64,000 nucleotides of DNA from Phoronis australis (GCA_002633005.1 NMRA01000334.1:62001-126000), one strand, 5' to 3'; counted from the first letter of the stretch, positions 12,633 to 25,658 are shown. Numbers and translations are program-made. The notes: generated by a model from the letters alone, not told the origin.

Positions 12633-15600
12633 CAGGGTTATGGTTGGGATTCTTGATGCGTCCGATCTCAATTGAAATGCAATGATGTTCTAGGAGTTTG
12701 TCTTTTTGAAGAGCCTGGAAACCTGAAGCCAGATCTGTACGGATAACTGCACGAGGGCCGTCTAACAATTGCAGTTCGAGACACATTTGGAGAAGACCAT
12801 TTCGAAGATCCTCGTGGCGTTCAGTAGCAACGATACAAGCCGCTGTGTAAGAAGAGACGCGCTCTCGGAGTACCAAAATCAGCTGTTGCTCGCGCTTCAT
12901 GACGTCAGCTGCAAACGACGTCCCAAGAGTCGCAGGTGTATCAGAGGTACTCTGCAGGGTCGTGGTTTTGGAGAAAGGGCGCATTGAACAACATTGATGG
13001 CACATGCGTGTGCAACGATCAATGGCAGACTCTAAATCAAGTGCAAAAAAGTATCGTTGGGTAACAAGTTTCAGTTGATGAGAGGTGGGGTGATCCAGCC
13101 GTAAACGAGGTGCCATGAGTAAGCCGTCCAAGATGGTACGTGGAACGATGATGCGTTCTTCATGAGCGACGAGGCTTGTCTCGCCGAGCCACAAGTAAAC
13201 CATCTGACGCGATAGTGGCGACGTTGAGATAGCGTTTGACATCCCGAGCGTTGGTGTCTCTCTTCGAGGGCTGCGTCCCTTGGTTGAGATGAGAGTGTAC
13301 TCGCCGTAACTCGGGAGACTCGGACTGAAGGGATAACCAAGATGACCTCGTGGTGAACGGAAGTTTGTATTCTACCTGAAGGACCTCGGCAGCAGTCGCA
13401 TGGAACACCACACAATCTTCCAGAGTGTTCACGAAAAAGGCAAACTTGGCAAGAAGCGTCGGTGCACTCTGGGCTGTGGCGACTTGCAAAGTCGGAGACG
13501 TGACAAACGATAGCCTGATATCGAGAAACGGTGGAGAGAAACGTCGACAAGTGAGGACTGACTGAGAATTCACCCCTGCAGTTTCTCGAAAGCTTGATGT
13601 CAGTAGGTATGATAGCAGGATGCGCTGACTGAATCAGATAAGGGCACGGAAGCAGCAATGGCGATCAGGGCTTCAATTTTGCATGGGAGCCAAGTAACTT
13701 GACGTGATCTCAGTTTCGCACTGAAGAAGCCGCAGACACGTGGCGTGTCCGCACGAGAGAGATACAGTGTACCAGCGATGCCCGGGTGTTTGGCGGAGGC
13801 GTCCGTGACTATCCACAGCTGATCGTCTAGTCTGGGTAGAGTGATAATTTTATGCGTGGACAATGCCTTTGGGCTGAGGTGAAGGCAACATGTAACAGGT
13901 AATGCGGTCTTTGGAATTGCATCACGATATAGCGGAGTCCAGTGCGGTGATGAAAGAAGCACAGTAAGGCAGAAATCTCGACATAGCTTTCACGGCTTCG
14001 CTGAAGGATCTTACTTGCCGAACAGTACCAGGTTTTGGACAAGACAAGACAGCAGCCACCTGATGTGAGCTAGCTTTTAAAGTACCCATCTCCCAAATCT
14101 AGCCAAGGACTTCTGTGCGTCGTGGGGCTATGACTGTCTTTGTAGAAGATAGACGGAGTTCCGCCATGGACAATGCATATAGCACCCTTTTCCAGTAGGT
14201 AATCAACTCTCTGATAGTCTGATCACCACAGTATAGGTTGTCAGCGAGCTTGGTGATGGCTCCATCTTCCAAAAGCTCTCCCAATACACGACACATGAAC
14301 TCTTCCAAAGCGGTTTCCAAACTGGGCATACCCATGACGCAACGTGCGTAGACATGGATACCTCGGAAAGGTGTGGATACGCCACAATATTTCATAGACT
14401 ATCGTGACAAAGGAATTTGATAGAAGGCACTCGTAAGATCAGTCTTGATGATGAACTTCCATTGAGCAATCTTCCGAAGCACGGAATCTACGTCAGGCAT
14501 GAGAGATGGCTGGGGCTTGGCGTACTGGCCGACGTCTGAAAAAGCTGTAACTAAACGAAAACCTCCATGGGGCTTCTTGACTAGAAACGAGGGATTAAGA
14601 CATTCTACTGTAATACCAACATCCTCTGGATGAGTGAATACTCCCAGGAACTTAAGCTCGTTGAATTTTTGTTGCAATTCCAGGAGCTTGTCCTTGGAGT
14701 ATTGGGGGAGGCGACCCATGTTGACGACGGCCTCAAACGGGCCTGAAGCGCCGTTGTACCCGGGGTATTGCGAATCAAATACATGAGCAAATTCTCGATG
14801 CAGGGCGTGGAACCTGTTCTGATCTGCAGCATGCAGAATATTGTCGCGATGAACGGCAAAAAAGCGATGATGATCCAAGGTAGTTTTGGGGGATGAGATA
14901 CATTGGGTGGCTGTCGGGGATCCAGATGGAACCTCTGAAGGAGTGAACACGGCGTGTACCTGGAAAAACTGCACATCTCGTCGCAAAAATCGTAGTTCAT
15001 TGGTGTTGTTGAACAGGCGAATTTTGCCATTAGTCGGAGCAAGAATGACAGGTTGTGGCCATAGCTGGGAAACACCCGTGGAGTGGAGGCTAATGCTGTC
15101 GCAGCGAGGTTTGATTGCACGATGTTCTTCAGGATCGGTGAAATCAGACGGGGCCTCCAACTCAAAACAATCACCAGGCCAGATGGCTGTCACGTGAGGT
15201 GGAGCACGTAATACGTGGGACAGTCGTGCTGTGGGTCGTGGGTATTGGTTTACGAATTGGCCATAAGTGTTTATAGATCCGTCGGCCAATGTGATAACCG
15301 AGCAGGTCGTACTGAAAAGTCGTTGTAAGTCATAAATGGGGTTGCTGCCAACACGCCTACATCAAGAGACTCGATAAAAAGACCGTGAAAAACGAAGGAA
15401 TGCTTGTCACGTGTGAAGACAAGTTGAGTTTCCCCCACAACATGTAGAGTAGATGTACCATCGGGCTGGAAGGCGGTTTGGGAATTTCTACGAACTTTCG
15501 TGCCCAACGAATGTGCACACGATGCGCTAATCATGTTTCCTGAGGCACGACAATCAAAAGTCAAACGCACGGGGGTTTGACCAGTAAATGTGTCGAGATA
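12633..15600 (-). pseudogene. Disrupted retrotransposon pol (protease, RT, RNase H, integrase)
   Basis: ORF fragments 15271-16038, 14399-15289, 14099-14395, 13600-13962, 13160-13573 and 12610-13242 carry consecutive pol motifs in different frames. Confidence 0.88.
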
Positions 15601-16594
15601 AGGAGACTGGACTATGTGGACGCGAAGCGCAACAGCGGAGTAAGGGCAGAACTGCTCGCAAGATATTGTGTCTTGAGCGAAGTCCTCCTCGGTGGCCTCG
15701 TCAACGTTGGTGGACCGGGCCTTGAGAAAAGCGCGCTTGTCGTCAGGTGGAAGGAACGGGCACCGAGACAAGAAGTGGTCTGAGGGAGTGCCGCGGGCGG
15801 TGGTGCATAAGACGCACGACGAGGTTCTACGGCGGCGAGGGGGGTTTGTCTTCGAGCTGGTTATGCGCATGGAGCGAGTGTCCTCGATACACCTAAGCTC
15901 ATCAAGTAGTGAGTTGATAGCTTGAGAAATTTCAGTCTTGATGGAGGCAAAGGACTTGTTGCTCAACTCCGCGCCATATAGTTGCTTAACAAGTTGGGGG
16001 TAAACCTGGGTTGACCATCCGTAACCATAACAACACAATAGTATTTTCGAGGGAGGGAGTCATGTCTTCGTCAATGTCGACAGGCTCGCCATGATGCATT
16101 ATGTCGCACCCAACGGTGAGTAAGTTATCATCAAAAAAAGCAGTGAGGCGCTGGAATAGGTCTTCAGGACGTTCATTTGGATCTAATGATATGAGTCCCA
16201 GGTCTAAGAAATGTGCTGCTGTGGAAGCGAATCCGAAATGTTGGCAGATTGTCTGCCAAATGTCCAGGACAGAGGTGGATGACTTCACGATAGAATTACG
16301 GGGTAAGGATTGGACAAAAATTGGCAATTTGTCCCAGCATGAGCTCTAAATGAGCCAGTTTCATGTGAGCAGAACGCTGCTGCAGTTCTGGGGTGTCATC
16401 GGGGTCGTCGGGCAGAGGTCAAGCAGTGGAGCAGTGACTGTCTTTTTTAGCCAACTAACACCGTCAACAAGAAATGGTGCAAAGTGAGGGTCCAACGAAA
16501 GGATGTATAATAAATTCTGCATCCAGCTATCAAATGAAGTAATGGTCTCATTTTTAGTGAGCGGCCACTGTTTTGGAGCTCAGGTTGTAGCCAT
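15601..16594 (-). pseudogene. Disrupted retrotransposon gag
   Basis: ATG at 16594 just after the PBS. Motifs [48 protein letters not shown] and a CxxC...H...C knuckle. Confidence 0.8.
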
Positions 16595-16596
16595 GT

Positions 16597-16607
16597 CGCT
16601 GCCACCA
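16597..16607 (-). other. Primer-binding site, tRNA-Leu-like
   Basis: The minus strand reads TGGTGGCAGCG directly after the 5' LTR. This is complementary to ...CGCUGCCA-CCA, the 3' end of eukaryotic tRNA-Leu(AAG/UAG)-type tRNAs. Confidence 0.75.
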
Positions 16608-16730
16608 CGCCAGATAAACTGAACAAAGAGTTGTATGTTTAACGAGTTTAATTCGCAGCCGACAACACAACGAGGCAGAACCGGAAGGGCTCTCACCAAA
16701 CGCAGTCGTACGAATAACAATGCAGTGGCG
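16608..16730 (-). repeat. 5' LTR (123 bp, possibly truncated)
   Basis: Direct repeat of 12408-12530 that abuts the PBS. Confidence 0.85.
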
Positions 16731-18243
16731 CTAGATTTTTACCTAGTAATCATCCTGTTTTGTTGCACAAGAATTAATTAGCGACCCAAAATTAAAGAAA
16801 TTTGACAAAAAAAAAAACACCTTCAAAATGGAGACTTCAATGTCATTTTCCGCTTCCACCAGAAAAAGAATCTCGAGGGTCGGCCTCGCTTCTAAATCAA
16901 CCAATCCGGGCATTCATACAACAAACTAGGTCATTAATGACATCATTTCACAAGTCACATCAACTTACAGAATTATACTCAGCGTCAAGGTGGCATTGAC
17001 CATTGACAGCAAGGCATGTGTGTGGAAAATGTTGACATTTTTGCATACTGCCGACTTCTTTCATTAAATAACTTTTTCTGTTTTGGTTAGGAACTGACTA
17101 TTTTGCTTCATTCAGGCCTTGCAACTACCACAAGAACGAATTTAATATGCAATATTTGGGCAAAATTGTGTTCCACGGTTTACCAACCTTGTTGAGCATT
17201 TATGTAAATACTAATTACAATTACAGATGGGTTACGTGTTTAGTATACGTAGTAGTACTAGTCACTACAGGCGTCCTGACAGCTTCTGATCGTCTCCAAT
17301 ACAGTACAATACATACACTACAAGGTATGATACTAGAAACTAGGAATTCCCCGGGTGCTTCACTTCAGCCGAACATAACAAACACATATTAACTTAATAA
17401 ATTTACACAAGAAGAATTTTGTGCTTTGACCGCAAATTTGATGCGAACTTGTTGGAGCAGCTGGATACTGTAAAAGGGATGCTTTCAGGTAGGGAGGACG
17501 CTTTTTTAATTTTTTTTACAATACCCATGTGTCATACATTTTTGAAAAGCCCTTGGTGTGAGAAATGAAATGGTGAAAAAATCAGAAAAATTGGGTGAGC
17601 GGTTAACGAGAAAATGGCCGTTGAAATGCGACGATTATGCGTAAAATATCTGCCTTTTTACATAATTTTGTAAAAAATAAAAGAATATACATGGGCCGCA
17701 TATAAAAAGATTCGTCTCATTGAGACAAACGTGGTGGTGTGTGTTACATAAAATTTGGATCGATTTCTACAGAGATATTGTCGTTTAAGTGTGTTGTTAG
17801 CATATGGAACAGGCTCATCATAAACCTCAATGTCATGATTGATGAAAACAATGGATTACACAGCTTAAAAAGTAAATAGCAAAGACAACACATCAGCTCA
17901 GAAACAAATACATCTGAGCTAGGAGGAAATTTCACATCAAACCACAACGGTGCAAATATCTTACAGGTAGAATCATGCGTAATACTCTGCCATGCCCCCC
18001 TTCCTATCTAAAAATCCTAGATCTGCCCCTGAATACTACTACATGGGCAACACATCATTGCCTGACAGGGGGCTGGGGGAGGCTATAGCTCCCCCACTTT
18101 TTTCAGTGCTGGGTGTCACCCATGTACTATTAGATCGTATCATGCCAAAAACATAAAAAAGTAGACAAAAGACCCCTTGGGAAAACAAATTACTCTTAAC
18201 ACGACGGATTTCATCATTTACGCAACAAAACTCTTTGTAACAA

Positions 18244-18588
18244 NNNNNNNNNNNNNNNNNNNNNNNNNNNNNNNNNNNNNNNNNNNNNNNNNNNNNNNNN
18301 NNNNNNNNNNNNNNNNNNNNNNNNNNNNNNNNNNNNNNNNNNNNNNNNNNNNNNNNNNNNNNNNNNNNNNNNNNNNNNNNNNNNNNNNNNNNNNNNNNNN
18401 NNNNNNNNNNNNNNNNNNNNNNNNNNNNNNNNNNNNNNNNNNNNNNNNNNNNNNNNNNNNNNNNNNNNNNNNNNNNNNNNNNNNNNNNNNNNNNNNNNNN
18501 NNNNNNNNNNNNNNNNNNNNNNNNNNNNNNNNNNNNNNNNNNNNNNNNNNNNNNNNNNNNNNNNNNNNNNNNNNNNNNNNNNNNNNNN
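18244..18588. other. Assembly gap (N run)
   Basis: Run of n characters. Confidence 0.99.
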
Positions 18589-19768
18589 GCGCCGTCATAT
18601 TTCCAAAAATATATGAATTGATCCCCTACCGCGTTTCCTCCATATTTTATCGTCGAATTTCAGTTGGCACTATTTCCCGGTGGACACCGCCATGTTAGCT
18701 CAACACAAGATTACAGCGACACCTACTGTTAATGAATGAAACAGCATCATTGATTCTGAATGGTGTTTGCCTGCGCGAGATTCCCGCTAAAGTTTTCCTG
18801 ACATAATAAATATTGATGAACAAGTAGAAGCATTTTACCTTTTCCATTTTTTTAAAATTGTGACCATTTGACCATTTTTCCACGAAATTGTCTGAAGTGA
18901 TACACTTTTCACAAATTTGGACCTCAAAAACAACCTCCGCTGTTTTGGCGGATTCTTGCTAGCAGGTGCGTATATCAGGGTCACCATAGGATCGAATTCG
19001 AATCCTTGATTCCGTAACTCGGGCAGGGAATTGACGGGTCTCGGTCAATTTGAACTTCTGAAAAGCGACGATCTGCAAGTCGGTAAATTAGTTTAGTTTT
19101 TGACCGCCAGGTGACACCTTCCATTCAACATGGCGGTATTACTACTGCGTACCAGGAAATAGTGCTAGAAGAAATTTCACGATAAAATACTACGGGAACG
19201 GGGTAGGAGAAATATCTGTGTACATTTGGAAAGATAACATTGCAAGGAATCGAACGATACCAAAATCATATGTCTAAGTCATTGTCGTCATATTGTAAAC
19301 AATTACCCAGATCACGCTTTCGCAAAATGAACTTACCAATTGCAAAATAACGCAACTGTAAAGGAAAGATCATGAACTGATAATGTCCTTGACAATGTTC
19401 ACATGCAGATGATTTATGAATTAAGAAGAAAATGTAGTTCACCAAGTCAACTTCAGAAGATAACATCCGGTACATGTGCCAAATAACGCTACAGCTGATT
19501 GGAGAAAGGAGAAGAAATTATCCAATGATTTTGGTGGATGCATCTTTGAAGGAGCAAATATGTATTTCGGGAGACTAATCGAAAATTTAATTTTCCTTCA
19601 AAATCAATCAGTTTCAAAGTGCTGCACACGAACAAACGAGTAAATTATAAGGAAAAAGCAGTTGAAGCAGTTCAGTGCTAGCAGCATTGTATTTTTAGTT
19701 TAGCTTTTTAAGGCAAATTCACTTCTGCAGACAAGCTCTCCATAAAACTACGGAAACCCAAATTAAAG

Positions 19769-19898
19769 ATGGCGCATCCGAGGGAACCACCAGGAAGTAT
19801 AATTCAGAGGCAAATTCAGCAAGATTGGGCGAACAGAGAGTATATAGAACTAATTACGAACAGCATCAAGAAAATAACAGATTTTCTAAACTCTTTTG
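19769..19898 (+). CDS. BRK1: BRK1 exon 1
   Basis: [10 protein letters not shown]...DFLNSF, donor G|gtatgt. Confidence 0.95.
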
Positions 19899-22800
19899 GT
19901 ATGTTTTGGAATGGTCTTTTTAAGTGCTTGTTCCGCTCGAGCGCAGTATTTTTACTGTTGTGCCAAAGCTGGACCAGGGAAGGGCCAGGCCCAGGGCCAG
20001 GGGCAGGGGCAGGGGCAGCCCACAGCCACAGGCAGACAGGAAGCATGGGAGCTTATTTTGATCTCTTAGAACATTCCTCTATATATAATATATTAGTAAG
20101 GAAGGGAGTATTGCCTACACTATTACAGTACGAAATGGATGCGCTCTGAGTCTGGATATTGTATGTGCGGGAAGTCTGTCGAAGTTTGCTATCTCGCCGC
20201 TACGTGACATGCTTGTGTCGATTACTGTTATTGGCTGTAGTTTGATTTTTGTACGGGGTCATTCATTATCTGACCCCGCTTAAAGGTTAACAAGGCTCGA
20301 CGCTATTAAAATCGCCAGGTCGCATTTTGCGACCTAGCCAAAATCCCAGGTCGCATTTTGAAAATCCAGCTCGCATTCGTAAATGCCAGGTCGCAAAATT
20401 TTCCTGCCATTTTTACGCGCCTAATTAGATTGTTTAGATCATCGAGAAAATGTTTAGATTATGCTCTTACCTGCAGCGTTTAACTCACAAATTTCGGATC
20501 TCGAAATTGACTTCATTGATGCAGGTACGGCCTTACTGTTCTTCACGACCACCATTGAAAGACTCTAGAGCGCAAGGCAAGTTGCCGACGTGAAAGTTGA
20601 ATTAGTGCTCTCTAACTGGCTTGTGCATTCGAGTACCTAAATTTGCGATGTGAAAAGGGAGAAAATGCCCGTTGAAAAAGTATCTGGGATTTTGTTAGAT
20701 CTGGCCTGCTACTGGCTGTCATCAAAGTCGTTAACGAATCAAACTAACTCGGGTAATGGCGAGTTTGCTCCTCAATACCTTCCAAGTACGGGAAAAATAG
20801 GTCAGTCACAAAACGACACCCATGTCACTAGTGTTAACTTTCTTTCCGAAGTATAAAACAAAGCCGGGATTTGGTTTTTACGTATTGTGAAAAGACGTTT
20901 TTGAAAACTGAAGTTGTGTAAAATGAAAGTGACACACCATATAAGCTGCGTGTCAATTTTAAATCACACGCGGTCGTTTGTAGTGCGCTATGATGGGCGC
21001 TAGCTTGAACTGTGAGCGCTTAATTGGAAATTCTTGAAATTTAAGGGGGACTTTTAATAGATCAGTGAGCGCTTATTATGAAACACTTTTGAGGTAGGGA
21101 GTAGGCTTGTGCGTGAGCATAGTCGTTAACCTCAGTGTTTGCGGTAATAAGGTATTAAAACGCTGCAATGATAAGAAACGTTATAATAATACGATTTTGC
21201 GAGGCAAACTCCATTTAGTAGGGGTGACTTTCTGGACATCGTTACCACCTACATTGTACCCTTTTTAGCCACCCGGAATGATTTTGTTTTTAATTGCCCG
21301 CTTCAGCCGGAACAAGGTTGTTTCTATAGGAGTCTGAAAATTTTATGGCGATGGTGGTTTGGGAGCGAAAAGTTGCCGAGGAGGGCAAGAGAATAATGAA
21401 AAGTTCGCTAATTTGAACCACAGTTTTGCATCTAGTGCCAGTTTAGTTGCAATAGCTGGCTATGGGTATAGAATACAGGGTTTACAGAACATCGACCTCG
21501 GGAAACATCAGAACAGGAAAACGTCAGTTCTGGGTTATATCGGTCCCGGGACATCGGGTCTTTTATAACCGCTGGGAATCTGAGTTCATTTTCAAATAAA
21601 CCAGAGCCAAGCCGGTATACTCTTTCATTTAGGACTATCGCTGTTCTTTGAAGTGGTGCGCACGCATGAGTTCACGCACTTGAATCGCTGGAGTAGGCCT
21701 ACACTTTACGTTGGCAACAACGTGTGAAAGACAAATCATATTTCGCGCACGTAGCCAAAGAAACAAGTAAAGGGTTTGAGAATTTCTGGGCAACTGAAAG
21801 TAAAGACGTGACCATCGTTTGGCGATTAATAACGTTGTCATTTTCACTTTCGTTGTCTTAATATGATAAAAAGGAGAAGCACATCTCAGTCTAAGTCATG
21901 ATTGTCTGCCGGGACCGCTTGCGCGCTAACGGTGTCGCAGTGCGATATCAGGGATATTGTCGTGGATATTTGGTACATGTAATAAGGACATCTTATGTGA
22001 AAAATAAACATTTTTGTCCACCACAAAGTTTGGTAAGTTGATCGCTTAAGAATTAGTAGAAACACCGTTGTTTTGTGAAGTTTTATCACGTGTTAAGCTG
22101 TGGCCCGAAACTTTCTTCGGCGAATCCGGGAATTTACAAAGTGGCCGATAGTGTTAGCCAATGAAACGCGTCAAAGGTCGATTCTGCATATCCCATGTTC
22201 ACGCGACTTGCTTACAAGTCATTGGGAGGGCTGTTCTCGGTTAGTGTTATTTTGAACTTGGATTTGGCAACAGCCAAATAACGATCGGATTAACAAGAGC
22301 TGCTTTGTATTTGCCAGGTATCTGTTGAGAAGTGTAAAAACTCAGCTCGCATTCGTTGGAAATTCCAGGTTGCATTTTGCGACTTGATACGAGCTGACAC
22401 ATATCTCAGCTCGCATTTACAAATTTCAGGTCGTAAATGCGACCTGCAGCTCGTTATGTCGAGCCCTGGTTAAGCAACAGCTAACCACGTATATCACATT
22501 GTTGCAAAGCTGTGAACTTTGCCAGAGTATCATGTAGTAGCTAGACTGCCACCCTCGCCAGACTTTCGGTGCATCTATATAGCTATGTAATGGTATACAC
22601 AGTACTCCCTTCTGTACTTATGGTGTATCTTACTGGATTTACGTTCTACCAAATCAACATAAGCTCTCATCTGCCAAAGAGTCCGAACCTAATCATAGCC
22701 AGGCAGTAGCTGTGGTTGGCGAGAGCAGTGTTGGTGAACCAATTACTCAGACACTTACCACTACGTTAGTTTGGTCCTTTTGGAATGTACCTCTCATGCA

Positions 22801-25293
22801 CTACATTTAACCAAAAGATTTCCACTGCTTTGAGTTCTATCGAGCACTAATGAAATCTTCTGATGGTCTACATTACGATTATTTTTGGAACATACTGACT
22901 AGGTTCTGTGTATGTTGCAGTTACGCCATTCCCAACTTACTATGCATTGCAGTTTTGGAGTGAATCTGTAAATGCCAGGGCCTTGTTTAATTGTTCAATT
23001 AGTTTTAAATGTTGTTTTTAGGAATCTTAGTTTAACAGTAAAACTACATTGTTAGGTCCAGTTCAGTTTCAGTCTTTCAACTTGTTCTGTCATTTGTTAT
23101 CGGCATGGAAACTCACACTAGATAAGAATTGATGACATTATGATTTACGGTACTTGCAGATATGTCATGTAGGTCGAGGTTAGCGGTATTGAATGAGAAG
23201 TTGACCTCTTTAGAAAGGAAGATAGAGTACATAGAAGCACGGGTGAGTATAGTGCAATACATTAAAAGGAACCATGTCTTCACGATTTCCACCAATCCTC
23301 ATTCTGTCACCTGCTAAATGCATCATTGACGTCAATCTTAAAGTTAAAAACAGGAATCAACTAAAAACTCTTATTCTCCATGTTACAGATTGTACAATTT
23401 AGTCCTTGGTGGGTGGTCGTTTCCCATAGTTGCCGTGTACTTCTCTAAAAGCATAGGTCACGCTTGCTGGTTTGGCAGACTTTGAAAGGAGTTTTCAAAT
23501 TTTCCTCCAAACTTTTTAGGGTTGCTGACTGTTGAGGTTTACTGAGCATTATCTTGATTCAGGAAGTGGATGGGAAAGTCATTTTTAGTATCTGTTAATA
23601 GGCCAAAACCGAGGTTGGTATCCTTTTAAGTGTAGCAAACAATGTTAGCATAGGATTTTATGTGTCCCATTACAAGCACTCTTAAAGTTTTCTCGAATTC
23701 GAATAAAATCAGCCAAAATTGTCATTCTTTATTTTTCAAACTCTCGCTATATTGCCAAAAACATTCAAAATTTAGTTATCTTTTATGACAGCTGTACCGT
23801 TATATAAAATTTTCAAATAATGATTTGAAATGGTCTTCTTGTTTACTTGTGTTGAAAATTTTGATTAAATAAAATTTCATGTTTCCGTCTCATTGTGTTA
23901 TTCTTCTGACGTTAAGTCTTGGAACTGACCTACAATAGAAAACCCTTCAGTTTGGGACAGTAAACATAAATTGTTTTTGTGAAGGTCAGAGCTTGTACCT
24001 CGTTTTTGGAATAGGCAGTATTGGTCATCCCAAATTCAAGAATTACGATCAATGACAAATGATCATTCACCTCGATGTACTGTACACACTATGGGGATGC
24101 ATGTAAACATTACATTGATGACTGTTTTCCATGATTTGTTGAGCTGCTCTGTCTCATTCTCAGATTTTGCTTCAAAGCACAGTGTCCAATATTTCAGAAA
24201 TATGATGAACGCCAAAGTTGCCGTTGCCCAATCTATAGATTCAAGAACATTTTGGCTTAATGTTGGTGTCACAAATTTTAGAGTCTTTCCTAAACTGGAA
24301 ATTTTTACTGTATTTCCAACTGTTTTGCTTTTGCCGTATGAAATGACTCGCCCAGGAATTTCTGTTGACCAAGTTCAATCTTCAGCAGTACAGGAAATCA
24401 CTTCTAATCTTAGGTAGGAACAAGTTGTGACCAGTTTTATAGCCGTAATTGGTCCAGGTTAAAAATTCTTGAACTTGAAAATCACTAAAGAGGGGGTGCA
24501 ATGGAACTTCAGAGAAATCTCCGAACTAACTTTTTAATGGAGGCTAACTCTGTATCATCCAGTTCTTGGAAACAATAGTCTTCTTTGGTCTGAGTTAAAT
24601 TTGATTAGAACTGTAGGTTTCTGATTTGGAGATGAGGCTTACCCATTTTCAGATGGATTTTACACGATCTGAGGAACTACTTTGGTGCAACCTATTGGCA
24701 AATTTATTTTTGCCTGTGTACCAAGTTCCTTGATAGATTTTGGTGATATTTGGCACAATTTCATGTGTCCCTATTTAGAGCACGTCTGTCATGGCATCCA
24801 TTACTGTCTATTAAGGTTTTCTTTTAGGATGGCTCTTTATCTACCAAGTTATGTACAGATGTACTCAAAATTTAACAAATCAGTTTCTCTCAGAGAGATA
24901 AGACGACACATTTGCTTGGTCTCTTGTGCTGTGATGTCTCCTAGTAGCCGTTTTATTTTGTACATTATGTGATGCTAATAAACACCCCTAGAAGCAATAG
25001 CATACCGTGTGCGGTGGAGCCATTTTGGACATTTCAACGGTTTTCATTGCTTTTGTTTTTGTTGTGATCAGTTTCCCCTCTTGTAGCAGTTTCTAGAAGT
25101 TTGTACTATTGTGGCTTGACACACAGTATATTTTCAAATTTTAAGAATTTATTTTACGGTAGACTACCGGCATTGAAACATCATAGTTCAAATGTCTAGT
25201 CGGTTATTAAGATGTTCTCACCCAATATTGTCTTGGTTGATAACACAAGAAAGCTCTTTTTTGCAGGTCACAAAAGGGGAGACGTTGTCATGA
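19769..25293 (+). CDS. BRK1: BRICK1 (HSPC300), SCAR/WAVE complex subunit; 3 coding exons, 79 aa
   Basis: Spliced product of 19769-19898, 23160-23242 and 25267-25293 is [79 protein letters not shown]. Confidence 0.97.
20291..22468. mobile_element. Non-autonomous hAT-like DNA transposon (~2.2 kb) in BRK1 intron 1 with a 5-bp TSD
   Basis: TIRs CAAGGCTCGAC / GTCGAGCCCTG, GTTAA on both flanks, and clustered subterminal (C)AGGTCGCATTT / AGCTCGCATT motifs at both ends. Confidence 0.8.
23160..23242 (+). CDS. BRK1: BRK1 exon 2
   Basis: ttgcag|(D)[27 protein letters not shown]|gtgagt. Confidence 0.96.
25267..25293 (+). CDS. BRK1: BRK1 exon 3 (terminal coding)
   Basis: Polypyrimidine tract and ttgcag|VTKGETLS*. 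Confidence 0.93.
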   Translation, partial: VTKGETLS

Positions 25294-25658
25294 GCCTCAC
25301 GCCCTCCAAGTAGCCAAAGAATGACTCAACACAACACCTGAACTATCAATACAAGGACAGGTCATTGTCATCGCATCTTCCACATCCTCGTGTCAAATTT
25401 TAGGGAAATAAGCTCTACCTTACTATTCAAATAGCTTTCAGTTGCCTTGGGAACCGTTCACGATTAATTGCATTGTCATGAGTGTACTCGACGTATAGTT
25501 TAGGGGGTCAAGGTTTGTTGATAACATATGCATGTAACAGCATAAAAATGGTAAATCGAAGACAAAACTGTCAGTTTTTCCCAAATCTAGGTACCAGCTC
25601 TCAACTGCGTAATAACACAATTCCTGTTTACAGCAGCTCCAAAGTCCAACGTAGCACT

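Larger units (their letters stand above)
12408..16730 (-). mobile_element. Degenerate Ty3/Gypsy-type LTR retrotransposon (gag-PR-RT-RNaseH-IN order)
   Basis: Direct repeats at both ends and a PBS. Gag N-terminus [23 protein letters not shown], Cys/His knuckle CVLC..HFLSRC, protease LTFDCRASGNMI, RT (NPSFLVKKPHGGFRLVTAF, TDLTSAFYQIPL, VMGMP, KLADNLYCG), RNase H (LWIVTDAS...WLPCKIEAL), integrase (DHPT...CHQC, FAADV, IRTD). Many stops and frameshifts. Confidence 0.92.

Noticed and set aside
18177-18698. Long ORFs 18177-18698 and 18218-18598 in the ORF track
   Set aside because: These are artefacts of translating through the N gap.
23900-24960. ORFs 24052-24417 (+), 24063-24272 (-) and 24682-24972 (+) in BRK1 intron 2
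   Set aside because: No recognisable domain or splice-consistent structure. This could be an old pseudogene or TE fragment but is unsupported.
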